From: Rhizomicrobium sp.
GTDB lineage: Bacteria > Pseudomonadota > Alphaproteobacteria > Micropepsales > Micropepsaceae
Direction of reading: 5' to 3'
Assembly (NCBI GenBank): GCA_036269195.1
Contig: DATASO010000016.1
Location: 23,112 to 87,111 of the forward strand
DNA length: 64,000 nucleotides
The position numbers and the translations under genes are program-made. The notes beneath the pieces were generated by a model that saw only the letters and a program-made list of their open reading frames with translations, made no database searches and was not told where the DNA came from. Below are positions 9,973-19,312 of the stretch, piece by piece (position 1 is the first letter of the stretch; every line of letters starts with the position of its first letter).

Positions 9973-11555
9973 TCGCCGCGCTGACTGCCACTTTAGATGC
10001 TTGTGATCGCGCCGCAGATTTCCTGCGCCGGTTGCAGGGCTGGCGGCGGATGACGGCCGTATGCATCGCCGGTGCATTGTCGGCATTGTCTTTCGCCCCA
10101 TTTGGCATTTTCCCTCTCTTGCTGCTCTCGTTCGGCGTTCTGGTGCTGCTGCTGGACGGCGCACAGGCGAGCGCGCATCCAATCCGGGCCAGCGCATTCA
10201 CGGGATGGGCTTACGGTTTCGGGCAGTTTGCGGCCGGGCTCTACTGGGTGGCGTACGCCTTCCTGGTCGATCCGCTCCAGCACGCCTGGCAAATACCGTT
10301 CGTGGCGCTGCTATTTCCCGGCGGGCTTGCCTTGTTCATCGCGTTTGCCTGCGGATTGGCGGCGCCATTTTGGCGTAATGGTTGGGTCCGGGTATTTGCC
10401 TTTACCGCAGCCTACGCCTTCGCCGAATGGCTGCGAGGGCATGTCCTCACAGGTTTTCCATGGAATTTGCCCGGCTATGGCTGGGGCACCTCGCTTGCGG
10501 TGATGCAGAGCGCCGCGATTTTCGGTGTGTACGGATTGTCATTGCTGACGATTCTGTTTGGCGCATCGCTCGCCCTGTTCTGCGGCCCAAGTCGCGCGCC
10601 TCTCGTTCCTGTTCTGCTGGCGCTTGTGTTTGCAAGCATGTGGATCGGCGGAACGGCGCGGCTGTCATCGTCATCCACACAATATGTGCCCAATGTTCGC
10701 CTGCGCATCGTACAACCGAACGTGGCGCAAGCCGACAAGTACCGCATCGATCTGCGCGCGCGGCACTGGCAGGAGCTGATTGACCTCAGCCGCATACAAC
10801 ACGGCGCGCCGCCCACACATATCATCTGGCCTGAGGCCGCGCCGCCCTTTTTGCTGGCGCGTTCGCCGCGAGCGCTGTCGGATATCGCGGCGCTCACGGC
10901 GAACGGCACAGTGCTGACGACGGGTGCGGCGCGTGTTGAATCGCGCGACAATGAGAGGCCAATCTTTCACAACAGCTTCTATGTTTTCGGCCGTGGCGCG
11001 CGATTGCTTGCCACCTACGACAAGTTCCATCTGGTCCCGTTCGGCGAGTATGTGCCGTTTCCCGAAATACTGCATGTGCTTGGCATCGACAAACTCGTGA
11101 ACCAGCCGGGGAGCTTCACGGGCGGCGACGGTCCGCACACCTACACTATCCCCGGTGCGCCACCGCTGGGACCGCTGATCTGTTACGAGATCCTGTTTCC
11201 CAGGGAAGTCACCGCCAATCCGCGGCCGGGCTGGTTTGTAAACGTGACCGACGATTCCTGGTTCGGCCCGGCCTCCTCTACCGGTCCATATCAGCATCTC
11301 CTCGTCGCGCGTACGCGAGCCATCGAAGAAGGAATACCCGTCGTGCGCGTGGCGAATACCGGCATATCAGCAATCATTGATCCGCTTGGCCGTGTGGTGG
11401 CCGAGCTCAGCATCGGCAGGACGGGAATTTTAGATTCTCCACTTCCCAAAGCCATTTCGCCCACGCCATTCAGTCAAATTCACGGCCTTCTGTTCTGGAC
11501 GATGCTGCTCATTTGCGCGGCAATCGCATTCATAGCGACATTCCGGCGCGGCTGA
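9969..11555 (+). CDS. lnt: apolipoprotein N-acyltransferase
   Basis: 528 aa with a multi-TM N-terminus and a CN-hydrolase domain ('ICYEILFP'). ATGA overlap with corC. Confidence 0.93.
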   Translation: MIAALTATLDACDRAADFLRRLQGWRRMTAVCIAGALSALSFAPFGIFPLLLLSFGVLVLLLDGAQASAHPIRASAFTGWAYGFGQFAAGLYWVAYAFLVDPLQHAWQIPFVALLFPGGLALFIAFACGLAAPFWRNGWVRVFAFTAAYAFAEWLRGHVLTGFPWNLPGYGWGTSLAVMQSAAIFGVYGLSLLTILFGASLALFCGPSRAPLVPVLLALVFASMWIGGTARLSSSSTQYVPNVRLRIVQPNVAQADKYRIDLRARHWQELIDLSRIQHGAPPTHIIWPEAAPPFLLARSPRALSDIAALTANGTVLTTGAARVESRDNERPIFHNSFYVFGRGARLLATYDKFHLVPFGEYVPFPEILHVLGIDKLVNQPGSFTGGDGPHTYTIPGAPPLGPLICYEILFPREVTANPRPGWFVNVTDDSWFGPASSTGPYQHLLVARTRAIEEGIPVVRVANTGISAIIDPLGRVVAELSIGRTGILDSPLPKAISPTPFSQIHGLLFWTMLLICAAIAFIATFRRG

Positions 11556-11622
11556 AATGTTCTCATTTCGCATTTTTGGAATATGACGCTAAGGTCACAA
11601 CGGAGCGCCGGTGTAAGTTTCC

Positions 11623-12057
11623 GTGCCTAAGAAGCAGGCCACGTCGATTGACGCACATGTGGGCCATCAGATTCGCGCGCGGCGAGAACTGATGGGCATG
11701 AGCCAGGGAAGGCTTGGAGAGCTGCTGGGCCTCACCTTCCAGCAGGTCCAGAAATATGAAAAAGGTGTCAATCGAATAGGCGCCGGCCGGCTGTTTGAAC
11801 TTGCGCGAATTCTTGGCGTCGGTGTGCTCTATTTTTATGACGGCGTGGTGGACGACATGTCGGGCCGCCCGCTCGGTTTCGCGGAAGACGAGGCGCCGGC
11901 GCCCACACCGCCCGCACATCGCTCACATGAGATTGCGCAATTGATCGCAGGCTTCCAGCGAATCTCTGATCCGAAGGGGCGCAAGCGCGTCTTGAAATTG
12001 GTTCAAGAACTCGCGGGCGAGCAGAAAAAAAGGTCTCAGCCGAAGCGCAAACGCTAG
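11623..12057 (+). CDS. XRE-family helix-turn-helix transcriptional regulator
   Basis: HTH_3 motif 'MSQGRLGELLGLTFQQVQKYEKGVNRI'. GTG start. Confidence 0.8.
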   Translation: MPKKQATSIDAHVGHQIRARRELMGMSQGRLGELLGLTFQQVQKYEKGVNRIGAGRLFELARILGVGVLYFYDGVVDDMSGRPLGFAEDEAPAPTPPAHRSHEIAQLIAGFQRISDPKGRKRVLKLVQELAGEQKKRSQPKRKR

Positions 12058-12347
12058 CGCCGGCCCCAACCACGCAGTTTTTCTTTTCCGTTCGCTTTGG
12101 CTCCGATCTCCTTGAGCTTCACGGTCTGCCGGACCGACAACGATGCACCGATCTGGCCCTTCTCCGGATCGCGGAAGGCCCGGCCATATTGCTCAACCCG
12201 CCCTTCAACAGACCCAAGGAATTCCCCTTCCCACTCGGACAGTGACGCGCCAGTGCGATCTGCCGCGCGGCGGGCGCGCTTCAGCGCGTTCAGCGCTGCG
12301 CGCTTGGCGCGCTCGCGTGAGTCGATCTGCTTGGATTTCAGCCCCAT
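12054..12347 (-). CDS. hypothetical basic protein
   Basis: Start set at ATG 12347 ('MGLKSKQIDSRERAKRAA...'). Coding-like codon usage. No family recognised. Confidence 0.4.
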   Translation of the reverse strand: MGLKSKQIDSRERAKRAALNALKRARRAADRTGASLSEWEGEFLGSVEGRVEQYGRAFRDPEKGQIGASLSVRQTVKLKEIGAKANGKEKLRGWGRR

Positions 12348-12388
12348 CGTGGCCGAAAAGCTAGCACATCCCAATCGCGGAGCAGAAC

Positions 12389-12949
12389 TCAGGCTTCCAG
12401 TTCGGAATCCCAATAGAGGTAGTCGGCCCAGCTTTCGTGCAGGTAGTTGGGCGGGAAGCGACGGCCGTTGCCGCGCAGCTCCTGCACGGTTGGCTTATGC
12501 GGCGGATTGCGCGGGTACATCGCAATATGGTGCGAGAGCCGTGCGCCCTTCAGCAGGTTGCAGGGCGCGCAGGCCGCCACGACGTTATCCCAGGTGGTCT
12601 TGCCGCCTCTGCTGCGCGGAATCAGGTGATCGAAGGTGAGGTCGCTGGGCGAACCGCAATACTGGCACTCGAAGCGATCTCGCAGGAAGACATTGAACCG
12701 GGTGAAGGCCGGATTGCGCGCCGGTTTGATGTAGGTCTTCAGAGAAACGACGCTCGGCAGCTTCATCTCGAAGGAAGGCGAGCGGACCACGCGCTCGTAC
12801 TCGGCAAGGATGTTCACCCGATCGAGAAACACGGCCTTGATCGCGTCCTGCCAGCCCCAGAGCGACAGCGGAAAATAGCTGAGCGGACGGTGATCCGCAT
12901 TCAGCACCAGTGCCGGGCAATTTTGGGGCGATCGCGCGGCGGCTAACAC
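12389..12949 (-). CDS. HNH endonuclease family protein
   Basis: 'CQYCGSPSDLTFDHLIPRSRGGKTTWDNVVAACAPCN' is a canonical HNH motif. GTG start. Confidence 0.85.
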   Translation of the reverse strand: MLAAARSPQNCPALVLNADHRPLSYFPLSLWGWQDAIKAVFLDRVNILAEYERVVRSPSFEMKLPSVVSLKTYIKPARNPAFTRFNVFLRDRFECQYCGSPSDLTFDHLIPRSRGGKTTWDNVVAACAPCNLLKGARLSHHIAMYPRNPPHKPTVQELRGNGRRFPPNYLHESWADYLYWDSELEA

Positions 12950-13076
12950 GACGACTCTCCTGTGAAGGCCAGACCTCCGTTCGTAATGCGACGCACTCTA
13001 GGGGCTGCCACGCGCTATGCCAAGGCGGCTGCCTTGCGGCCAGTTTACGCGATTCACCGTGACGAAACGACGACAG

Positions 13077-13778
13077 TCAGCCTGCGGAGCAACAGATTTC
13101 GCGGCCAGTTCGCCCAAGCAGTCCGCGAAAAGCCATCGAAAGAAACGTGCCACCGAGCGCGAGACCCTGTTCATCGATGGAATGTCCAACATGCGGCGAA
13201 AGGTGCCACTGCACCGCGGCTCCTGCTTTTCCCAAAGCGGCCGCCGACGAAAACAGGAATTGCATGGGGATCATCTGGTCGGCATCGCCGTGCAGCAGCA
13301 GGATGGGCGGCGCCCCGCGGGCGTACTGATCCAGCCCTTCGGTGCCGGTCAGCATGCCGGAGTAACCAACGATAGCGGCCGGCTTCACCTTGCGGCGCAA
13401 CCCCACATGCAGCGACATCATCGTGCCCTGGCTGAATCCGACAAGAGCCAGACGTTCGGGCGAAAGTTTCAGGCGCTCGAGCTCGGTCTCAAGGAAGGTT
13501 TCGAGCCCGGCCGCTGCAGATTGGACGCCGCTGTTCATGATCTGCGGATCCAGCCGCGAAATCGGAAACCACTGGTAGCCGCTCGGCGAGCCGGCGCAGC
13601 GTTCCGGCGCATTGGGGGCTGCGAAGGCAACCGTCGGCATCAGACGCTGCCAGATGGGGGCAAGGCCGATAAGATCGTTCCCATCGGCGCCATAGCCGTG
13701 GCACAGCACAATCAGATGTGTGGCCTCTCCGCGCGCGGGCGGCAGTCGCGGCCCGGTCAGTTTTTTGCTTCCGAACAC
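13077..13778 (-). CDS. alpha/beta hydrolase, phospholipase/carboxylesterase family
   Basis: Nucleophile elbow 'GFSQG' and 'LLLHGDAD' motif. GTG start. Confidence 0.8.
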   Translation of the reverse strand: MFGSKKLTGPRLPPARGEATHLIVLCHGYGADGNDLIGLAPIWQRLMPTVAFAAPNAPERCAGSPSGYQWFPISRLDPQIMNSGVQSAAAGLETFLETELERLKLSPERLALVGFSQGTMMSLHVGLRRKVKPAAIVGYSGMLTGTEGLDQYARGAPPILLLHGDADQMIPMQFLFSSAAALGKAGAAVQWHLSPHVGHSIDEQGLALGGTFLSMAFRGLLGRTGREICCSAG

Positions 13779-13810
13779 TATCGCCTTCCGTTTCAGGTAA
13801 TCTCCTGGGC

Positions 13811-14662
13811 ATGATTGTCACGCGCTTCGCGCCGAGTCCAACCGGGTACCTGCATCTGGGCCACGCCTTCGCGGCAATCACGGCGCATGAAACAGTGAAG
13901 CAGCACGGTGGCCGTTTTCTGTTGCGGATCGAAGATATCGATCGCATCCGCTGCCGCCCGGAATTCGAGAAGGCGATTTACGACGATCTTGCGTGGCTCG
14001 GATTGCAGTGGGAACCGCCAGTGGTACGCCAATCCGAACGGTTCGATGCCTATCGCGCCGCGCTCCAACAACTCGACTCACAAGGCTTGCTCTATCCCTG
14101 CTTCTGCACGCGCGCGGATATCGCGGCGGAGATCGCGCGTTCTGCCGAAGCACCGCATGGTCCGGAGGGGCCTCTCTATCCGGGCACCTGCCGCAACTTG
14201 AGCAAGAATGAACGGCAAGAGCGCATCGAGTTGGGCGCACCGTATGCGCTGCGGCTGAATGTCCAGACAGGGGTCGAGAGGGCTCGTGCGCTCCAGTTCG
14301 AGGACTACGGCAGTGGGCCCGACGGCGAGCATGGAATTGTCACAGCCAATCCATTGCTCTTCGGCGACATTGTACTCGCGCGAAAGGACACGCCAGCGTC
14401 ATACCATCTGGCCGTCGTGGTGGATGATGCGTTTCAGGGTGTGACGTTGGTCACGCGCGGCAACGATCTTTTTGCCGCCACGCATGTGCAGCGGCTTCTC
14501 CAAGCTCTCCTGAATCTTCCTGTGCCCGCTTACGCGCACCACCGCCTCGTTCTGGACAAGTACAGCCGCAAATTCTCCAAGCGTGACCGCACTGTTACCT
14601 TGCGCGACCTGCGCGCGTGCGACGCCACTCCAGAAAGCATTCGCAACCAGATCGGTTTGTGA
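13811..14662 (+). CDS. gluQ: tRNA glutamyl-Q(34) synthetase GluQRS
   Basis: 'TRFAPSPTGYLHLGH' HIGH-class motif. Truncated GluRS-like protein of 283 aa. Start set at ATG 13811. Confidence 0.9.
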   Translation: MIVTRFAPSPTGYLHLGHAFAAITAHETVKQHGGRFLLRIEDIDRIRCRPEFEKAIYDDLAWLGLQWEPPVVRQSERFDAYRAALQQLDSQGLLYPCFCTRADIAAEIARSAEAPHGPEGPLYPGTCRNLSKNERQERIELGAPYALRLNVQTGVERARALQFEDYGSGPDGEHGIVTANPLLFGDIVLARKDTPASYHLAVVVDDAFQGVTLVTRGNDLFAATHVQRLLQALLNLPVPAYAHHRLVLDKYSRKFSKRDRTVTLRDLRACDATPESIRNQIGL

Positions 14663-14681
14663 AAACCTGGCCAAGGGGTCG

Positions 14682-16061
14682 CTATTGCGGGTTGCGCCTA
14701 AACAGCGATTTCAATCGCACGCGCAGCGGGACCGGGATTGGGCCTGGTTGCGGACCGAACAAGTCGGCGCCGCTTCGCATCAGCCGGATGGTGGCATCCA
14801 GTATTTGTGCCGGCCGCGATCCTGCGGGTCCCTTGCCACCGATACCTTCGGCGACACTCCAAGCAAACGAACCGAAATGCACGACGCGACCGGAGCCCGG
14901 CGCCCTCTGAAATGCAAACCAGGCTCCGATCCGACGCAGTGGCGTGTGACGGCCAAAACTGTGGGCCAGCAGGGTCCAGCGGTGGAACGGCAAAGCCCGT
15001 TCATCCAGCATCGGCACGTCACCTTCGTACCAGCGCACGGGCAAACCATCGTAATACACGGTGCTGCGCATTGGGATCGCCTCTCCGGGCACCAGACCGC
15101 ATGCGTGCGCGACGGGCGAGCGGGCATCGCCGACATGATAGCCGCCCCATTCCGGATGCTTCGGAGCATCCGCTCTATGAGTGCCTCCGTGTCCTGGATT
15201 GGGGCCAATGGACGGGATCAAGGGATATCTGCGAGCGGAATCGTGCCAGTACGGCGATCCGGGTGAGTTCGCATCTTCTGGCGATCCCCACCACCGCCAG
15301 GCCATGCGATCTGCCTCATGCCAGACTTCGTGCAACATGGTTTCGGATGAAAGCAGCATCATATCGCCGCCTTGATCGACGTAGGCATCGACGGCGCTGC
15401 GGCTCTCACGGGTCCAATATTCAGAGCGGCCAGGAATCAGGAGCAACCTGGTGCCGGCGAGAGCGCCCGGCAGCGCAAGATCGTAGTCGGGAATGAAACG
15501 GATATCTTCGTCGGCGAGAGCTCCGCGCGGCAACCAATCGAGAAAGCCGGCAAGCACGTCTATCGCGAAGCGCCGCGCCAGCGGCCGCCGCAACGAACAA
15601 TAGTGTAGCGCAACCTTGCGCCCGGCCTCCCGCTGACGTTGCCGTTCGGTGTACGTGCTGCGACCGCCCCAATCGTTGAACGCCTGCATGGTGGAGAGCG
15701 GGAGGACGACAGTGCACGGCGCTTGTGGGCGCGAGACCGCGAACGCCCATTGATCGTCGATGAAGTACACGCCGCCTGGCATGTCCAAGGGAACCTTAAG
15801 TATCCCTGTCGATTCGCAGCCGACGCCATTCTCAAGAGCATCAGCAGGTATGGGAATACGGCGGCCCCGAATGGGGGCAGAGGCCACGACTTCGCCGCGC
15901 ACATTCGTGACGCGCAGACGGCGTTTTCCGGAAAACGCAGCAGTAATGTCGCGCGGGCTTCCGGCATCCGCGCAATACGGGGCGAGCATGATCCACTCGC
16001 GCTTTCGCAAGGTATCGAGGGGCCCCTTCGGCGTACCCAATTCCAAGAGCGCATGATCCAA
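14682..16061 (-). CDS. uncharacterised protein resembling the N,N-dimethylformamidase large-subunit-like (GATase-fold) family
   Basis: 'VVLPLSTMQAFNDWGGRSTY' and 'LLLIPGRSEYWTRESRSAVDAYVDQGGDMMLLS' match my recollection of that family. TTG start at 16061, alternative ATG at 15989. Confidence 0.55.
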   Translation of the reverse strand: MDHALLELGTPKGPLDTLRKREWIMLAPYCADAGSPRDITAAFSGKRRLRVTNVRGEVVASAPIRGRRIPIPADALENGVGCESTGILKVPLDMPGGVYFIDDQWAFAVSRPQAPCTVVLPLSTMQAFNDWGGRSTYTERQRQREAGRKVALHYCSLRRPLARRFAIDVLAGFLDWLPRGALADEDIRFIPDYDLALPGALAGTRLLLIPGRSEYWTRESRSAVDAYVDQGGDMMLLSSETMLHEVWHEADRMAWRWWGSPEDANSPGSPYWHDSARRYPLIPSIGPNPGHGGTHRADAPKHPEWGGYHVGDARSPVAHACGLVPGEAIPMRSTVYYDGLPVRWYEGDVPMLDERALPFHRWTLLAHSFGRHTPLRRIGAWFAFQRAPGSGRVVHFGSFAWSVAEGIGGKGPAGSRPAQILDATIRLMRSGADLFGPQPGPIPVPLRVRLKSLFRRNPQ

Positions 16062-16131
16062 AGCGATTTCTCGCGTACAGCAATGATGCTACGGCATTTC
16101 GCACATCCTGGGGTTTACCGGAACCGGACGT

Positions 16132-16887
16132 ATGCGAGCACGCCAAAACGCTTCAGAGCTCATCAGCCGACTAGCCGCTGCTGCCAAACAAGTTTTCCGC
16201 CGGAACAGGACTCCCGATCTGACGCGAATCGTGATGATTCCGCCGGGCACAGCAGGCTGCAATGTCTGTGGCTACGTCGCCACCACAGGACACCCCCGGC
16301 TGTGCCCTGTCTGCCGTGCGAGCCAGCGGCAGCGGACGTTCAAACGGCTGTTTCTGGAACGCCTGCGGCCTGAAGTTTTTGGCAACGGCCGCTTGAATAA
16401 CGGACTTCTGCTTAGTCCCAGCGGTGTGGAGCGCGCCCTCCTGGTTCCAAGTCTCCGCCGATATGTCATCTCGTCGCTTTACCAGAGGTACGACGGCGTA
16501 GGTCCGTTTGTCCGCGCCGACGCGCGCGATCTGGCGCCATTTGCTGACGCGAGCTTCGATTACGTGCAGGCCTGCAATGTTCTGGACTACGTACCGGAGA
16601 TCGAGCAGGCCCTCGGTGCGATCTATCGCGTGATGCGCCCCAAGGGCTTTTTCGTTTTTCTTCTCCCGAAGGGAAACCTTCTTCCCGGCACCGAACCGAT
16701 TTCCGTTTCCGTACACCGATCGGTCACCGGAAATTATTGGCCCGATCCGGCAGCGGTACCGATGATGCGAATTGGGCAGCAAACGCTTAGTGCGCTGTTG
16801 CAACAGACCGGCTTTCAGGCAGAGCAGATCGAACTCGCGGATTCTCTGTGCGGCGCCACCTGCATTTGGTGGCTTTGCCGCCGGTAA
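16132..16887 (+). CDS. class I SAM-dependent methyltransferase with N-terminal CxxC...CxxC zinc ribbon
   Basis: 'CNVCGY...CPVCRASQRQR' followed by a Methyltransf_11-like core ('FDYVQACNVLDYVPE...VMRPKGFFVF'). Alternative start ATG 16234. Confidence 0.65.
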   Translation: MRARQNASELISRLAAAAKQVFRRNRTPDLTRIVMIPPGTAGCNVCGYVATTGHPRLCPVCRASQRQRTFKRLFLERLRPEVFGNGRLNNGLLLSPSGVERALLVPSLRRYVISSLYQRYDGVGPFVRADARDLAPFADASFDYVQACNVLDYVPEIEQALGAIYRVMRPKGFFVFLLPKGNLLPGTEPISVSVHRSVTGNYWPDPAAVPMMRIGQQTLSALLQQTGFQAEQIELADSLCGATCIWWLCRR

Positions 16888-16961
16888 TAAAGCCTTCCCG
16901 CAGTTCCTGAATCGATTCCCCCGCGAGACTCGCGGCCGCTGTAACTCGCCGCATTCGCCGT

Positions 16962-17522
16962 TCAAATACGCTCGGAGAGTTTGATCGCCAGCCGGCAGCC
17001 GGATTTGATGGCTTCGCGCAACAAGCCATAGCCCGAGGCCTCTTCTGCGCCATGCGCCAGCGCTTCATCGCGGTGCGCAATTTCATCAGTGCGGAAGTCT
17101 GCCACCATTTTCTTCAGTTCTGCATCGTCCTGCAGGCGATCCAGTTGCGAAGCATAGTGATCGTCAATCACCTCTTCAACAGCGGCGGTGCAGGCCATGG
17201 CCGCCTTTTCGCCCATCAGCGCTGTCGCAGCCCCGAGCGCAAACCCCGCCATGCGCCACACCGGCTCCAGTGCCGTGGGGCGAACCTTCCGCTCGTTTAC
17301 GAGTCGATCGAAGGCCTTCAGATGCCGCTCTTCGGCTTGCGCCATGCCGCGGATAGCATCGGCCGCTTTCGAGGTGCGGTTCAGCGCGTCGAAGACGGCA
17401 AGCTGGCCTTCATAAATTCGCACCGCGCCGTATTCCCCGGCGTGATCGACGCGGATCATCGCTTCGATGTCCTTGTCCGCCGGAATACCCGGAGGCGGTG
17501 GCCGCCGTCCACGACCGGTCAT
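16962..17522 (-). CDS. coq7: demethoxyubiquinone hydroxylase Coq7
   Basis: Di-iron ferritin-like motifs 'RVDHAGEYGA', 'EERHL', 'TDEIAHRD'. Start set at ATG 17522, overlapping the upstream dsbB-like stop. Confidence 0.9.
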   Translation of the reverse strand: MTGRGRRPPPPGIPADKDIEAMIRVDHAGEYGAVRIYEGQLAVFDALNRTSKAADAIRGMAQAEERHLKAFDRLVNERKVRPTALEPVWRMAGFALGAATALMGEKAAMACTAAVEEVIDDHYASQLDRLQDDAELKKMVADFRTDEIAHRDEALAHGAEEASGYGLLREAIKSGCRLAIKLSERI

Positions 17523-18010
17523 ACGGCTCTCCCGCTGCGATAAATCAGGACGAACCCGATCGCGGCTGCGCCGAGTGAAATGATCGCGTTGTAGCCGGCC
17601 AGCGACAGGCCAAAGAGCCGCCAGGCGGCGTGATCGCACATGACCACCGGTGCATTCAGATCCAGGGCGCCGGAAATCTTGAAGGCCGAACCGGTGCAGC
17701 GGCTGGGGCCGGGCCACCAGTGCCACTCGACCCCCGCATGATAGACGGCAATCAGTCCCGAAATGGCGACCAGCAGGGCTGTCACGAAAGCAAGCGGCGC
17801 GGCTAACTGCCTCAACCGTGTGGTCCGAGACACCGTCCAACCACCGAGGATGCCCAGAATGGCAGCGGCAAGGTGCGGCCAGCGTTGCCACAAACACATC
17901 TCGCAGGGCGGCAGGCGGGCGAAGTACTGAAATCCCAATGCCCCCAGCAGCAGCAGAGCCGACAGCATGCCCAACCCAATCGCTACAGTTTCAGGATGAT
18001 CCCGCCTCAT
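17519..18010 (-). CDS. disulfide bond formation protein B (DsbB family)
   Basis: 4-TM protein with 'PPCEMCLWQRWPH' (CxxC) and a second Cys pair in the periplasmic loop. Confidence 0.8.
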   Translation of the reverse strand: MRRDHPETVAIGLGMLSALLLLGALGFQYFARLPPCEMCLWQRWPHLAAAILGILGGWTVSRTTRLRQLAAPLAFVTALLVAISGLIAVYHAGVEWHWWPGPSRCTGSAFKISGALDLNAPVVMCDHAAWRLFGLSLAGYNAIISLGAAAIGFVLIYRSGRAV

Positions 18011-18426
18011 CGGGCGAACACCATGGCATCATCGGCAAACGCCTTGAACTCCAGGGCATTGCCGGAGGGATCGCGAACGAAAAGGGTCGCGTGCTCCCCC
18101 GGCTGGCCCTCGAACCGCACCCCCGGCTCAATCAGGAATTCCAGCCCTGCGCCCTCCAGCCTGGCAGCCAAATCGCGCCAATCCGCCATTTTCAGGATGA
18201 CGCCAAAATGCCGCACCGGGACTTCTTCACCGTCAACATGATTCCGGGCTTCCGCGCCCCCTTCAGAGGGGCTTAAATGGGCCACGATCTGATGGCCGAA
18301 GAAGTCGAAATCGACCCATTCGTCCGAGGATCGGCCCTCCTGGCAGCCAAGCAATTGCCCGTAAAACGCGCGCGCCTCGGCGAGATCGCGAACGGGAAAG
18401 GCGAGGTGGAAGCGGGGGCGGCTCAT
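18007..18426 (-). CDS. VOC (glyoxalase/bleomycin-resistance/dioxygenase) family protein
   Basis: 'FHLAFPVRDLAEARAFYGQLLG' and 'DPSGNALEFKAF' motifs. Start set at ATG 18426. ATGA overlap with the dsbB-like gene. Confidence 0.8.
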   Translation of the reverse strand: MSRPRFHLAFPVRDLAEARAFYGQLLGCQEGRSSDEWVDFDFFGHQIVAHLSPSEGGAEARNHVDGEEVPVRHFGVILKMADWRDLAARLEGAGLEFLIEPGVRFEGQPGEHATLFVRDPSGNALEFKAFADDAMVFAR

Positions 18427-18514
18427 AACAGTGTTGTCGTGTTCGCGTGCGAGATTGAAACACCCAAGAGGGTGTTCGCGAAAGAGAAGCAGGGTCCGCG
18501 GGTAAAGAAAAGAC

Positions 18515-19312
18515 ATGCGTAAGGGATCGTCGTCCAAATCATCTTCTCGCTCGCAGCTGGCGGAGCGCGCGCTGCTGCGCATCGACGGCAAGCCGGTTGC
18601 AGTTGCCGTGAAGCTGAACCCGCGCGCGCGGCGAGTGATCGTCAAGGTGCATCCGTCGACCGGCGAGGTGAGCGTGGTTGCGCCCACCAAGCGCTCCATC
18701 GACCACGCTATCGATTTTGCGCGGGGCGAAACGGACTGGATTGCCGCACGCCTGAAGCAGGTGCCGCCTGCGGTTCCGCTGGGACTGGGCGCACGCATTC
18801 TCTATCGTGGCGAAGAGCATGTGATCCGCCGCGGCGAGGGCCGCCGCACGCCAGCCTGGATTGATCACGAAGACGGCAATCGCATCATTCGCGTAACGGG
18901 ACAGACGGAATACGCCGCGCGCCGTGTGGTGGATTTCCTCAAGCGCGAGGCTAAGAAGGTGCTGGAGGCGCGCGCCTTCTACTACGCCGAGCAGCTTGGC
19001 ACGGCGCCGAAACACATTACTGTGCGCGATACCGCCAGTCGCTGGGGCTCCTGTTCGACCAAGCGTTCGCTGTCGTTTTCGTGGCGGCTGATTCTCGCGC
19101 CGCCTTTTGTGCTGGATTACGTGGTGGCGCACGAAGTGGCGCATATGCGGGAAATGAATCACGGCCCACGCTTCTGGCGGCTGGTGGAGGAACTGGTCGG
19201 CAATACGGAGAAGCCGCAAGTCTGGCTGCGCGAGAAGGGTTCGCTGCTGCATCGCTACATGCCGCGCCCACTTCCCGGCGCGACGCGAGCACCCGCCACC
19301 GGAACGCGCTAG
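18515..19312 (+). CDS. M48-family / YgjP-like (DUF45) zinc metallopeptidase
   Basis: 'VVAHEVAHMREMNHG' HExxH motif in a DUF45-type context. Confidence 0.8.
   Translation: MRKGSSSKSSSRSQLAERALLRIDGKPVAVAVKLNPRARRVIVKVHPSTGEVSVVAPTKRSIDHAIDFARGETDWIAARLKQVPPAVPLGLGARILYRGEEHVIRRGEGRRTPAWIDHEDGNRIIRVTGQTEYAARRVVDFLKREAKKVLEARAFYYAEQLGTAPKHITVRDTASRWGSCSTKRSLSFSWRLILAPPFVLDYVVAHEVAHMREMNHGPRFWRLVEELVGNTEKPQVWLREKGSLLHRYMPRPLPGATRAPATGTR

Noticed and set aside
16962-17897. N-terminally extended versions of real genes in the track. Examples are coq7 as 311 aa, VOC as 263 aa (18007-18798), yggS as 363 aa (19309-20400), Ku as 410 aa (31044-32276), tsaB from 3511, gluQ from 13718 and ftsY from 53357.
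   Set aside because: The extensions overlap upstream genes, have non-coding-like composition, and precede the point where the conserved family N-terminus begins. Internal ATGs, often forming ATGA overlaps with the upstream stop, fit better.
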